From an uncultured Methanosarcinaceae archaeon (GTDB lineage Archaea > Halobacteriota > Methanosarcinia > Methanosarcinales > Methanosarcinaceae), in NCBI GenBank assembly GCA_963727895.1, contig CAVSHT010000011.1, forward strand, positions 192,001 to 256,000: a stretch of DNA of 64,000 bases, written 5' to 3'. The notes below the pieces were generated by a model, which worked only from the letters and a program-made list of their open reading frames with translations, was not told the DNA's origin and searched no databases. The translations under genes were made by a program, and so were the position numbers. The stretch's first letter is position 1. Each line of letters opens with the position of its first letter. This document shows positions 35,188-46,766 of this stretch, piece by piece.

Positions 35188-36610
35188 ATGATAGTGATAA
35201 AAGAAATAAAAGATACCAATGAAGTGAGATTGCAGTTTGTAAATATTGGTTTTAAATATGGATTGGCCACATCAAACCCAAATAATAAAAGTGTTATTTT
35301 TAAACCATATGATAGAATAATTGAAAGAGGAAAAGAAACAGGATACATTTCATATTTATTTTTAAACACTCATACAGAAAGCTCAACTTTCTATGAAAAT
35401 GAAGTTAATAATGTTGATAATATTTTACATTCTGAAGAATTTCTGTCTAAAATCTCTGCAGAATATATAAAAACTCTTGGTTGCATTTGCTATACCAAAG
35501 GTAAGCAAATATTGTTTTATCCAGCATATACTTCAAACTTTTTTAAAGTTTTCACAGATAGAGATAAACCTTTAAAGCACGAAAAAAACATATGGCATTG
35601 GTACTCAAAAATAGATATATATGCTTATAACATATATTTCTTCATGAACTGCCCCAGATGCAATAGTTCCAGTCACAATAAGAATGGTATAGTTGGCGGG
35701 CGTCAACGGTACAAATGCTCTGATTGTGGATATAACTATACAGTAGAGCTAAAATCAACTGCTTTTTCCGCCTCTGTCAAAAAACAGGCTTTACAACTCT
35801 ATCTTGAAGGATTGGGCTTTCGTTCAATAGGAAAATTTTTAGGGGTGAGTCATGTTTCTGTCCAAAGATGGATCAAGAAATTTGGTCAGGAGTTAGAGAA
35901 CCTAAAAAGTGAAAATGAGATATCTATTGTTGAAATGGATGAGATGCACACTTACATCGGTAACAACAAAAATATTGCTGGATCTGGATTGCTGTTGATA
36001 GAGTTGGGAAAAAGTTCATCAACTGCTCTTTTGGCAGCAGAGGAACGGAAACTGGAAAACTACTCTGGGAAAAATTGAAGAAAAAAGAGATTGGAGAAGT
36101 GATGACAGATCACTGGAGGGCATATGCAGAGTTTATTCCAGAAAAGATCCATACTCAATCCAAAGCAGAAACGTATACTGTTGAAGGATATAACAGCATA
36201 TTGAGGCACTTTTTGGCAAGGTTGAGAAGAAAGACAAAGTGTTATACGAAGAGTCTTGAAATGCTAAAGTACTAGGTTATTCTATTGATGAAATAAAGAA
36301 AGAAAGAACTAGATATAGTTAAGTAACAATACCAAAATATTTAATTACTGCACCAATTATTGATAATAGTAGTAATAAAGATTCATTTTATCACTTTGAA
36401 TTTTACGTCCAAGTTGATTCATCTATTTCATCAAAAAAACCAGGTATAATTGCCCTGCCTAATCAAGAAAATCTTCAAATACCAATATCTGGAAAAATAA
36501 TGTATACTGATTATGAAATAGATATTCCTAATTGTAAAGGGAAGTTGATAATAGTTGCAACAAAAGTAGCTGGAATACTTAAAGACGAGACTCTTATTAG
36601 ATTCTCTTAA
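35188..36610 (+). pseudogene. Hypothetical gene interrupted by IS1 copy 2
   Basis: 135 codons before the IS (35188-35593); a 91-codon open frame KYLITAP...LIRFS* after it (36335-36610). Confidence 0.6.
35594..36333 (+). mobile_element. IS1-family element, copy 2 (740 bp)
   Basis: IRs GGCATTGGTA.../...TAACAATACC; insA ATG at 35644; slip site altered to AACAAAAA; premature TAG at 36273; no clean TSD. Confidence 0.95.
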
Positions 36611-36736
36611 AAGCAGTCTTAATGGGGTCACTTTACGAATGAAATAAAATAACAGAAGAAGAAAGAAAAGAGGAATTAGAGTGAGCTATCTTGAAAGTAT
36701 TCACTCAACATGTAACGACGAATAAATAGTGGATAT

Positions 36737-36774
36737 AGGGTATCATCCCGATTTTAGCTTAGGTGTACGCTAAG
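36737..36774 (+). mobile_element. Solo Tn3-family-like 38-bp terminal inverted repeat
   Basis: AGGGTATCATCCCGATTTTAGCTTAGGTGTACGCTAAG: exactly 38 bp with GGGTA...ACGCTAAG. Confidence 0.6.
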
Positions 36775-36962
36775 AAACAATTACTAATTTTGGGTACGCA
36801 AAATCGATAAGAAGAACCATGTTAGGGGTACCGATTATACAGGCGCATTAATTGTCCTCATTTTCTTTTAGAAAATCTTCCGATTTTAAGTTATATCAAA
36901 TCTATGAAAGATATGACATTTTTTCACCTACAGCCTAACCTAGAGATTGTCTCTCCCTCGTA

Positions 36963-36976
36963 CACTTGACAGTACC
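36963..36976 (+). mobile_element. Isolated IS6-like right end
   Basis: CACTTGACAGTACC, reverse complement GGTACTGTCAAGTG; no transposase remains. Confidence 0.35.
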
Positions 36977-37014
36977 TTTATAAGATAAAATCTGTATATT
37001 TTTGCTATTTATTC

Positions 37015-37049
37015 AATGCACGGGTTTTATTGTAAAACCTGTGAATTTC
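37015..37049. repeat. Palindromic ~34-bp motif, copy B
   Basis: AATGCACGGGTTTTATTGTAAAACCTGTGAATTTC, a direct repeat of 35102-35135. Confidence 0.7.
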
Positions 37050-37139
37050 CCTAAAACGCACATGCTTTTCTTCGAATAACAAGCACAACTAATGAAAGTA
37101 CTCTCCGTTCTTTTTTTTGACTATTAAGCCCTCATTACC

Positions 37140-37273
37140 TTGGGCAGTAAGGTTGTCTCGATTTTGGTTTTTCAAAACCGTCCTAAAACTAATCAGTGAA
37201 TTGCCATCGAAGGCTCAAGTGTGACTTTGATCACGGATGCTAAATTGGCCTTTTAGGCAATTCCACTGCCCAA
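37140..37273 (+). ncRNA. Candidate bridge/seek RNA of the IS110 element
   Basis: Closing stem TTGGGCAGT/ACTGCCCAA enclosing two stem-internal loop-stem arms whose loop segments match the target flank and the element's right end. Confidence 0.7.
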
Positions 37274-37292
37274 ATAAATTTGGCGATCTAAT

Positions 37293-38557
37293 TTGATTTA
37301 AGTCATAAACAAAGCTTGTGGTTTAGACATTCACAAACTCTTTTTCATTGCTACAATTCTCAGTATATCTGGTGAAAAACAACAGCAACGTTTCAACAGA
37401 GATGATGAAGGAATTTTAGCCCTTAAAAATTGGGTAATATCAGAAAAATGTGATGTTGTTGCATGTGAATCAACCAGCGAATTTTAGGTTCCGATTCATG
37501 ATTCATTGGTAAAGCATCTAACTGTGATAGTTGGAAATGCGCGAGATATGAAGGTATTTACCCATACAAAAACAGATAAGATTGACTCAGAAGTCATTGC
37601 ACAACTTGCACTTAATAATATGATTCAGCCATCAAGAGTTTTTCCAAAGGATCATAGATATTTTAGATCATATGTTCTACTTCGGTTAACACTTGTACAA
37701 AAAAGAACAGATTTAAAAAATAAAGCTCACTCAATTCTTGCATCTGAAATTCAATTTTTGCATCTGAAATGCTACACCTGAATAATGTGCTGACAGACGT
37801 TTTTGGCAAGAATGACAGAATGATCTTATTAGGAATCTCTTCAGGTAAGAGTGTTGATCAGATTATTGCAAGCCTCTCTCCAAATGTTCGGAAAAAAGCT
37901 GCTCAGATAAGAGAAATTCTTGATCGAGAAATTTCTCAAAGTGCTGCATTTAGACTTCAGATCTGTCTGAAACTCATAAAAAGTCTTGATGATGAACTCG
38001 AAGCTTTAGAAACAGAAATTTTCAATTATGCTTCTCGAAATCATAAGCGAGAAATGGAGATTTTAATGTCAGTTCCAGGTATAGGGGAACTTGGTGCGGC
38101 AATTTTACTTGCTGAAATAGGCAACTTTAAGGATTTTTCTTCTGGAAATAAGCTTGCTTCTTGGCTTGGTCTAGTTCCTAATGTGTATCAATCTGCAGAT
38201 AAATACTATAACGGCAGAATCACAAAGAGGGGATCAAAAGTAGCAAGGTGGATTCTGACACAGATTGCTCAAGCAGCAGCAAGAAAGAAGAATAGCAGGT
38301 TAAAAGAGTTTTTTAACAGAAAAAAGAAGTTGATTGGACATGCAAAAGCAATTATTGCCTTAGCAAGGAAAATTGCAACGATAATATGGCATCTTATTAC
38401 AAATGATGAGATGGACGAAGATGAAACCGGATATCAAAAGGGAGAAATCCAAAAGAGAAAGATTATTGAAACTGAGATTTTTTCGGTTGATGAACGGATT
38501 AAAATAATTAGTGAAATATTTGCGATTATGGGGAAAAAGGATCAGGAGAGCACGTGA
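37293..38557 (+). pseudogene. IS110 DEDD recombinase/transposase
   Basis: CGLDIHK, VACEST, KTDKIDS, SVPGIG, LGLVPNVYQS, ALARK; TAA at 37299, W>TAG near 37485, 20-bp duplication frameshift at about 37731-37770. Confidence 0.92.
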
Positions 38558-38585
38558 GGATAATCTCCTCATGTACTTTCATGCT

Positions 38586-38830
38586 AAATCGTCCTATTGA
38601 GCGAAAGCCCAATCCTTCAAGATAGAGTTGTAAAGCCTGTCTTTTTACAGAGGCGGAAAAAGCAGTTGATTTTAGCTCTACTGTATAGTTATATCCACAA
38701 TCAGAGCATTTGTACCGTTGACGCCCGCCAACTATACCATTCTTTTTGTGATTAGAACTATTGCATCTGGGGCAGTTCATGCAGAAATATATGTTATAAG
38801 CATATATATCTATTTTTGATTACCAATGCT
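38586..38830 (-). mobile_element. IS1-family element, copy 3 (5' fragment only)
   Basis: Left IR AGCATTGGTAATCAAAAATAG; MNCPRC...GFRSIGRF stops at the IS110 right end. Confidence 0.93.
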
Positions 38831-38875
38831 AAAATAATTTGTAATTATCATTGCATTTTATAATTTTGCTTTAAC

Positions 38876-40713
38876 TTATCTAAACAGAATATCAGAAACA
38901 AGCTTTTCTGAACTCTTTTCTGAAATAACCATTGCAATATCATTATATTCAAGTTTCAAGTTGCTATGTGCAATGAGTGATTCACTTCCACGTTGTATCA
39001 TAACCATGAGGCTATTTTCTGGAAAATTAATTTCCTTTATAGCTTTTCCCACAACTTTTGGATTGGTAACCTTGACTTCCATAATACTGCCTTTATCTCC
39101 AACTTCACACATCGAAAAAAGACTATTCCTTCCAATCATATTGTCCATGACTTCAGCCGTTGTTATTGTAGGGCTCATTGCTCGAATTCCTAGATCCCAG
39201 AATGCCTGAAGATTTTCCACATTGTTTACCCTGGAAACTAATTGTTCTCCTGTAAATCCAAACTTTGCCTTTGCAATCTGGCAAAAAAGTAGATTCGTAT
39301 CGTCCTTCTTTGTGGTTATAACTACATACTTTGCATTTTTAATTCCTGCTTTTTTCAGAACACCTATATCTGCTGCATTACCCTGGAAAGTCCTGATTCC
39401 TAAATCTCTACATTGTTGACATTCTTCTTCATAAATGTCTATAACTGACACATTTTCTCCTCGTGTATCAAATCTTTCTGCAAGGATTCTACCTACTGTT
39501 CCTCTTCCAATAATCAAAATTTCCATAGGAATAACCTCCAGTATCTGAGCTACTTTTTTTGACATGCTACCTGTCAAGAAAACAGTAATAATGACTGTCA
39601 GGAAAACCAGTCCTACTATAGTTTTGCCTCCTGGAATTCCCATTTCATCCAGTTTGAGTGCAAAATAAGTTGCAATAGAAGTAGGTACGACTCCTCTAGG
39701 TCCTACAAACAATATGAACATTTTTTCCTTGGTACTTATGTTTGAATTCTGCATCGAGATAAAAACAGATACAGGAAGGACAAACAATGCTATAAGCAAA
39801 ACTAAAATAATTCCGTTTAATCCCATTTCCATGATATACCAGAATTTAAGCATTGCCGCAAGCAAGATGAAAATGAGAGCAATCATTAAAGTCGCAAGAT
39901 TGCTATTAAATTCTTCTACCATTTTCTTTTGGGGAAATTCAGAAGACCCCATAATAATCCCAAAGATAGCCAATACAAGAATTCCAGATTCATTTCCCAT
40001 AGTTTCTGACAGTACATAACAGGCAAATATGAAAATAAGAGTAAGCAGTCTGACGGGCTGTTTTCCAATTGATAGTCCTCTGGTAAAAAACCATCTAAGA
40101 ATAAGCCCACTTAAGCTTCCTATAATTAACCCTATCCCAAGCCTCTGTAGAATAAAAATCATTGCACCTGTTCTGGAAAGCTCGGCTGTAATCCATTCAA
40201 ACACCATTGCAGTTAGAATTACACTTGCTGCATCGTTTAAGACACTCTCAAGCTCCAAAATCTTGGAAACTTTATGACTGATCTTGATATGCCTGATTAT
40301 TGGGCCAACAACACTTGGACCGGTTGCCGTAACCAGAGCTTTAAAAAGGGCAGCAATCTGGAGAGGGATATCTATGAGAAGGTTTGTAAGTATGGTTATC
40401 CCGAGAAAAGTGATAAAAACTCCGACTGTACTTAATTTTAAAACACTTTCTTTAACTCCTCTCAGGTGCTTCAAGTAGATCATAAATCCACCGTCAAAGA
40501 CAATCACAGAAACGCAGATTGAAACGATAGCGCTTAACGCATCGGAATAAAGAGCTGGATTTAATAAGTTTAGAACTTCAGGCCCTACTATTATTCCTTC
40601 AATAAACAGAAGATGATAAAAGGAATCTGAAATTAGTGGCTAAGAGCCTGGGCCAGTAGGGACATAACAAGCAAATCAATAACTATTTCCATTAAAAATA
40701 TAGGATCAATCAT
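38876..40713 (-). pseudogene. CPA1 cation:proton antiporter with TrkA-N/TrkA-C (RCK) domains, 5' end broken
   Basis: TGPSVV, LESVLND, GPRGVV, RCK domains; ATG at 40713 is followed by an in-frame TAA and a frameshift near 40610. Confidence 0.85.
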
Positions 40714-40825
40714 GAAATTTCCTGTAATAACATCTGTCTTACTTAATATATTTAGTTTATTCTGGGTTGTCAAATAAATGATAAATTTACGAATAGTATC
40801 TTAAGATCCCATATTTGTGTGGAAA

Positions 40826-40932
40826 GACACGTCTCAAAATCTTCATAATGTTTATAAATTAATATATTTAATTTATAAAGTTGCTCGGACTTTCATCAGA
40901 CAACTTAAAAATCCAGAATCTTTTTGAGATTC
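40826..40932. mobile_element. Putative degenerate MITE
   Basis: GTCTCAAAA...TTTTGAGAT ends like the 3068 element. Confidence 0.35.
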
Positions 40933-40959
40933 AACATATTTTCTCACTCATTCTTAGTC

Positions 40960-42731
40960 TCATTCTGAATCCCGGATTTTTTCAACGACTTTCTTGTTGT
41001 ATGAGTTTACAATGTCACTTCGGGTGATAAGACCAAGAAGCCTGGTTTTATCTTCTCTATCAACAATGGGTAATCTACCGATTTGCTTTGAAGCAAAACG
41101 TTTGAGGACAGCATCCAGGGTTTCGTCTGGATAAGCAACTTCCAGATTTTTGGTCGCAATATCTCCTATTTTTTTATCGGTTTCTCCTGCCTTTACTTTG
41201 CTTCGAAGATCTGAGAGAGTTACTATACCTGAGAGTTTGCCTTTGGGATCAAGAACCGGAAATCCTACATGTCGGCTTGCCTGCATAAGAACATTAAGGG
41301 CTTCGATACTTTATTCCTCAGAAACCGTTTGAACATGCATAACCATGGCATCTTTTACATACATGGAGCTCATGATATCAGCCTCTCTCCCTTTTCGGAT
41401 TTTAAATCCTTTTCTTCGGAGGCTTTCCGTGAAAATGGATTCAGGATACAGAGCATTTGACATTATATTGCTAAGAACGCAGGCAAACATGAGAGGAAGA
41501 ATCATACTGTAATCTCTTGTAAGCTCAAAAAGGATCAGAATAGCAGTCAAAGGGGCTCTTGCAGTTCCAGCAAAGACTGCACCCATACCAACAAAAGCAT
41601 AAGCTCCAGATTCTGCAACAAATTCAGGGAAAAAAAGTTTGCAATTGTTCCGAAGGCCCCTCCAAGCATTGGGCCTACAAAAAGAGAAGGAACAATTGAT
41701 CCACCTGACCCACCTGATCCAAGGCTCAGGGAAAAGGCGAGAATTTTGAGGAAAAGCAGGATTAGTAAAAGCTTGAAAGTAAACTGATTGCTAATAGCAT
41801 CCGTAATTACACCATATCCCATTCCAAGAACTCGTGGATAATAAAGGCCGATCATGCCTACTATCAATCCTCCCAGAGCAGGTTTAAAGATTGGATGGAC
41901 GGGTATTTCCGAAAACAGATCTTTTGTATAGTAAAGGGCGCGGATAAATAATGTTGAAACTATACCTGCAAGAAGCCCCAAAACAAGGTAAAGCCCTAAC
42001 TCTCTATATGGACTTACAAGTGAGTAAGAAGGAATCTTTAGAGTTTCTACTTTAATGATTGAATTTGATACAACTGTTGCAAAAACTGAAGAAATAACTA
42101 TCGGAATAAAGGTACTTGTTTCAAGTTCTCCATAAATCACTTCAACGACAAAAACCGCACCTGCAAGTGGAGCATTAAATGCTGCAGCTATTCCACCAGC
42201 TGCTCCACAACCAAGAAGAATTTGACGCTGCCGGTCTGAACTCTTTAGAATTCGTCCTAAAATAGCTCCTGTCCAGGCTCCACCTACGATTCCAGGAGCC
42301 TCTTTTCCAAGGGAACCTCCTGAACTAATTGATATTATTGACGTAAAAACTTCAAGAAAAAAATCTGTAAGATTCAGGCGAGCCCCTCGAAGAGCTACTG
42401 TTTCTATAAGACCATCGACTCCATAGCGTTTTTTAATACATAAATACGAAATAACACCAACAATCAGCCCTCCAAGAGCGGGCATGAATATTACATAATA
42501 ATGAGGAAACTCGTGTAAAGAAAATCCGCGTTGCATTCCAAAAAAGGTATTGAAATATTCTAAGGCGCGTTCATATAAGCCTATTACCAGACCTGTGAGA
42601 AGACCAATTATGATTGCAATTGAATTGATCTTTGAGGATTCGGTATCAAGGCTTTGAGTAATATGTAATTTTATATGAGAATATTCACGTAAACCATGTA
42701 ATCTAATTTTGTGTTTTTCGTTAATTTCCAA
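40960..42731 (-). pseudogene. ClC chloride channel/antiporter with CBS pair, two frameshifts
   Basis: GSLGKEAP, AAFNAPLAG, GGSIVP, ARAPLT, CBS domains; breaks near 41630-41636 (A-run) and 41311. Confidence 0.9.
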
Positions 42732-43434
42732 ATACTAACGCCTCTGTGAGCCTTTTTTCAGAATTTGCTTTAAAGTTTAGATTTTTATTTATTTTTTGAC
42801 CAAACGCGGATACTTTATTTGTTTTCGTTTGTCTTGAATTTTAAATCAAAAACGATTAACATTGAGGCGCGAATTAGATCTTTTTCTCTTGTTCAAGATT
42901 TCCTTTTATAATTTAACTTTTTTCATAGCTTTAACTTACATTTTTCATCACATACTCTTTTACCATCATGAAATTTTTCTGGTTAACGAGGAATGTATAT
43001 TTAAAAGGCAAGCTGTAGGGCTTATGATAACAGGTCATGATTTTGAGCAGTTTTTTGACTATACCTGTAAACTTTGTAACAGGTAATTAATATGCTACAT
43101 GCAATCAGTCTGTGTTATCAATAAATTTTAAGTTTATAAACATTAAAAATGTTTTCACAACTATAAAATTTATTGAATATGTGGTTTCGCTTACTTTTTT
43201 ATAAGGCATTTTATAACTTTAAAGTAGGTAAACAAGGATCTTCTAGTTATTATGAAAACAGAATCCTAAATATCTAAAGTTAATTTCAGAATCATGGGCA
43301 CGGAATATAAATTGAGCTATCTATATGAAAATAATTATAAAATTTTTATATCAAAAATAATTTAACTTATTATTAATTAGTAAAAAGTATCTAAAAAAGG
43401 ACGAAAAAAGTAGATTGGCCTTTCCATTTCTTAT

Positions 43435-45729
43435 TTATGTGTAAAAAGGACTCTCTATTTCTTTCGACTGCCTTTTTCTCAGGCCACCCTGTATAGCCTG
43501 GTAGTATTTCATGGTATCAGGCGTAACAGAAGGGCCAGTTTCAGCAATTGCTTGAATGAAATGTTTGTGCTTTACCTCTTTAGCGTGAAGGTTTTCACGA
43601 AGTGCGTCTCTTCCTGCTTTTTTGCATACCGCTGCAATGTCTGCACCGGTATACTGATCTGTAAGAGTAACAAGTTTGTCAATATCAACATTCTCTGAAA
43701 GCACCATTTTTTCGGTATGAACTTTAAATATTTCCTTTCGAGCTCCGGCGTCTGGAACGGGAACAAGAATTAACTCGTCAAAACGTCCAGGCCTTAGAAG
43801 AGCTGGATCTATAATATCAGGACGGTTTGTTGCTCCTATTACTACTACAGATCTGAGTTCTTCCAGACCATCCATCTCGGAAAGAAGCTGATTCAGGATT
43901 CTAGCCGTAACCTGTGGCTCTCCTACAGAAGCTCCGCGAATAGGTGCAAGAGAATCCAGTTCGTCCAGGAAGATAATAGACGGAGCAACTTGTCTTGCCC
44001 GTGTAAAAACTTCAGCAATCCTTTTTTCAGATTCTCCATACCATTTGGAGAGTAAATCGCTTCCCTTGGCTGTGATAAAGTTTGCCTCTGATTCATGAGC
44101 TATTGCCTTTGCAAGTAAAGTCTTTCCAGTACCTGGAGGACCATATAGAAGAACACCTTTAGGAGCTTCAACCCCTATATCTCTATAAGACTCTGGATTT
44201 TTAAGAGGCCATTCGACGGCTTCTTTCAGAAGTTGTTTTACTTCCTCCAGGCCACCTACATCTTCCCAACTTACATTAGGAACCTCGATAAGAATCTCTC
44301 TTATCGCTGAGGGCTGGACATCTTTCATGGCATTTTCAAAATCTTCCCTTGTGACCCTAAGTGTATCAAGAATCTCACTTGGAATTTCAGGTTCATTAAG
44401 GTTAATTTTTGGAAGAATCTTTCTCAAAGAACTCATTGCTGCTTCCCTGCAAAGCGCAGCAATATCCGCTCCCACAAATCCATGAGTTATTTGAGCAAAA
44501 TCCATGAGATTTACATTTTCAGCAAGCGGCATACCTCTTGTGTGAATCTGGAAAATCTCCAGCCTTCCTTCAGTATCTGGAGCTCTTAACTCAATTTCTC
44601 TGTCAAATCTACCAGGGCGGCGAAGTGCCATATCAATTGCTTCAGGACGGTTAGTTGATCCTATCACAATTACATTTTTGCGGGTTTTAAGTCCGTCCAT
44701 TAATGAAAGAAGCTGAGCAACTACTCTTCGTTCTACTTCTCCGGTAACCTCAGCTCTCTTAGGAGCTATTGAATCTATTTCGTCAAGGAAAATAATTGCA
44801 GGAGCATTTTTCTCTGCTTCTTCGAAAATATCTCTGATCCCTTTTTCTGACTCTCCATAGTATTTGGACATGACCTCCGGACCATTAATTGAAATAAAAT
44901 GGGCATCGGACTCGTTTGCAACTGCTTTGGCAAGCATGGTTTTGCCTGTTCCTGGAGGTCCATAAAGTAGTACTCCTTTTGGAGCATCAATACCGAGTCG
45001 GTCAAAAAGTTCAGGATGCTTTAAGGGCAACTCTATCATTTCTCTTATTTTGGTGATAGCGTCTTTAATTCCACCCAGATCCTCATACATGACGGTAGGA
45101 ATATTTTGTTCTGGAGTTATTTCTGCAGCTTCAGGTAAGAGTTCAACTTCTGTTGTATCTGTAATCTTCACTATCCCCGACGGGGAAGTGGAAATAACCT
45201 GTAATTTTATTTCTCCTAATCCAAAAGACTGACCTATACCTGGACTAAAAAAATCCTGAAAAAAATCTTCAAACATGATTCCTTTTCCGAAAGTTTCCCT
45301 TTCTCTAGATTGTCTCAGGCTTGTGGTTGAAATAAAATCTCCCTTTGAAACCGTACGATTCATAAATATAGCTTTGAGAGTTTCACTTGGAGCATAGATT
45401 TGCATACCCTTGGCTACAGGAGCAAGAATTATACTCTTTGCTTCTTTCCAGGTGGCTTTGCGAATCTCGATATACTCTCCTATACTGGTTTTTGCATTGG
45501 TACGGATAAGCCCGTCCATTCGGATAATATCCAGGCCGGAATCACTGGGATATGAGCGTCCTATCAAAGCTGAAGTAGATTTCCCTCCTATGATTTCCAC
45601 AACGTCAAAAGGTTTGAGGCCCAATCTTTCCCTGAAATTGTCATCTACCCGGACGATCCCTTTTCCGACATCTCTTTGATCAGATTCTGCAACTTTTAAT
45701 TTTGCATTTATTTTTTCCCTGTCAGTCAA
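43435..45729 (-). CDS. cdc48: CDC48/VAT AAA+ ATPase
   Basis: Double-psi barrel N domain, two [11 protein letters not shown] modules, RPGRFD twice. Confidence 0.97.
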   Translation of the reverse strand: MTDREKINAKLKVAESDQRDVGKGIVRVDDNFRERLGLKPFDVVEIIGGKSTSALIGRSYPSDSGLDIIRMDGLIRTNAKTSIGEYIEIRKATWKEAKSIILAPVAKGMQIYAPSETLKAIFMNRTVSKGDFISTTSLRQSRERETFGKGIMFEDFFQDFFSPGIGQSFGLGEIKLQVISTSPSGIVKITDTTEVELLPEAAEITPEQNIPTVMYEDLGGIKDAITKIREMIELPLKHPELFDRLGIDAPKGVLLYGPPGTGKTMLAKAVANESDAHFISINGPEVMSKYYGESEKGIRDIFEEAEKNAPAIIFLDEIDSIAPKRAEVTGEVERRVVAQLLSLMDGLKTRKNVIVIGSTNRPEAIDMALRRPGRFDREIELRAPDTEGRLEIFQIHTRGMPLAENVNLMDFAQITHGFVGADIAALCREAAMSSLRKILPKINLNEPEIPSEILDTLRVTREDFENAMKDVQPSAIREILIEVPNVSWEDVGGLEEVKQLLKEAVEWPLKNPESYRDIGVEAPKGVLLYGPPGTGKTLLAKAIAHESEANFITAKGSDLLSKWYGESEKRIAEVFTRARQVAPSIIFLDELDSLAPIRGASVGEPQVTARILNQLLSEMDGLEELRSVVVIGATNRPDIIDPALLRPGRFDELILVPVPDAGARKEIFKVHTEKMVLSENVDIDKLVTLTDQYTGADIAAVCKKAGRDALRENLHAKEVKHKHFIQAIAETGPSVTPDTMKYYQAIQGGLRKRQSKEIESPFYT

Positions 45730-45916
45730 GCAATATCCCCCATCTTTCCACTCTCCATTTTGTATTATATTGATAGCTATATAAAAAGAAATCAGCTGAA
45801 ATGTTTACCAGCAGATGAGTTGCTTATGAGTTGCTTACCACAATAACTCTATTTTTTATTAGTAAATTTATCTCAAACAAAAAAAGTACTACTCATGGTT
45901 GTCAGGAATCTAAAAA

Positions 45917-46564
45917 TCATATGATGTTTAATGAATTCAATCCCATTTTAACAAAAGCCAGGCCAAATACGATCTGTATAATTCCTAAGATGTGAATTAT
46001 CAAAAAATAATATTTACTACTGATAAACGATTTTGATCTCTCTACTATTAGTGTTATAATTACTTTAGATCCTACAAGGAAGATATAGAATCCCAATATG
46101 AATAAAATTGCATTTGAGACATGAGTGCTCAGGGATTTAAAAATTATAGGACCTCCTATGGAGATCCAGAAGATATATGGATGTGGATTTCCAAAGTTTA
46201 CAATAATTCCTTTTTTAAGAGCATTATTTTTTTCTAATTTTAGTTCTACAATGCTTGAGTTAATTTTTAGGGATTTAATTCCTGAATAAATGAGATAAGA
46301 TGCACCAAAAAATGCAATAATTCCGATAATGGAATTGTAGTTTGTCAAATGTGAGAGAAGAAACAAGATAGCTAGGATTATTGGCAGATCTGTAATTAGA
46401 GGAGACATTGCAACTTTTATTCCTTCCCATTTGCCGTGCTTCAGAGTCTCAGAAATAGTTACAGCCAGTAATGGGCCTGGAGATGTTCCTGAAGCAAGGC
46501 CGAGAAATGATCCAAGAACTAAAAACTCAAAAAAATCCGACATCTTCAATGCCTCATTTTTCAT
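45917..46564 (-). CDS. LysE-family transporter
   Basis: SPGPL, NFGNPHPYIFW, six TM segments. Confidence 0.88.
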   Translation of the reverse strand: MKNEALKMSDFFEFLVLGSFLGLASGTSPGPLLAVTISETLKHGKWEGIKVAMSPLITDLPIILAILFLLSHLTNYNSIIGIIAFFGASYLIYSGIKSLKINSSIVELKLEKNNALKKGIIVNFGNPHPYIFWISIGGPIIFKSLSTHVSNAILFILGFYIFLVGSKVIITLIVERSKSFISSKYYFLIIHILGIIQIVFGLAFVKMGLNSLNII

Positions 46565-46766
46565 ACATCAAATCAGAGAATTTACCTTCAGTGGTTACCA
46601 GACGTGAGTTCCGAATTCAGTTAATTAAATGTCTATTAAATATATAATCTGAAAGTATATTACAGTACACTATTGGTATAACATATACGTTAATGTTGTA
46701 TATAATATTTTTATTTTATCTAAAGTTTGGGGCTTGAAACCTTTGTACTTTAGAAAAAAGAGGTTT

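Larger units (their letters stand above)
37085..38586 (+). mobile_element. IS110-family (IS1111-like) element
   Basis: Perfect 10-bp sub-terminal IRs ATGAAAGTAC (37092-37101) / GTACTTTCAT (38573-38582); DEDD recombinase; about 200-bp left non-coding end; exact termini uncertain by a few nt. Confidence 0.9.

Noticed and set aside
34610..36940. Integron attC sites (GTCTAAC, ACTCAAC, GCCTAAC, GTTAGGG)
   Set aside because: No complementary R''/R' pairs with a foldable interior, and no integrase in the window
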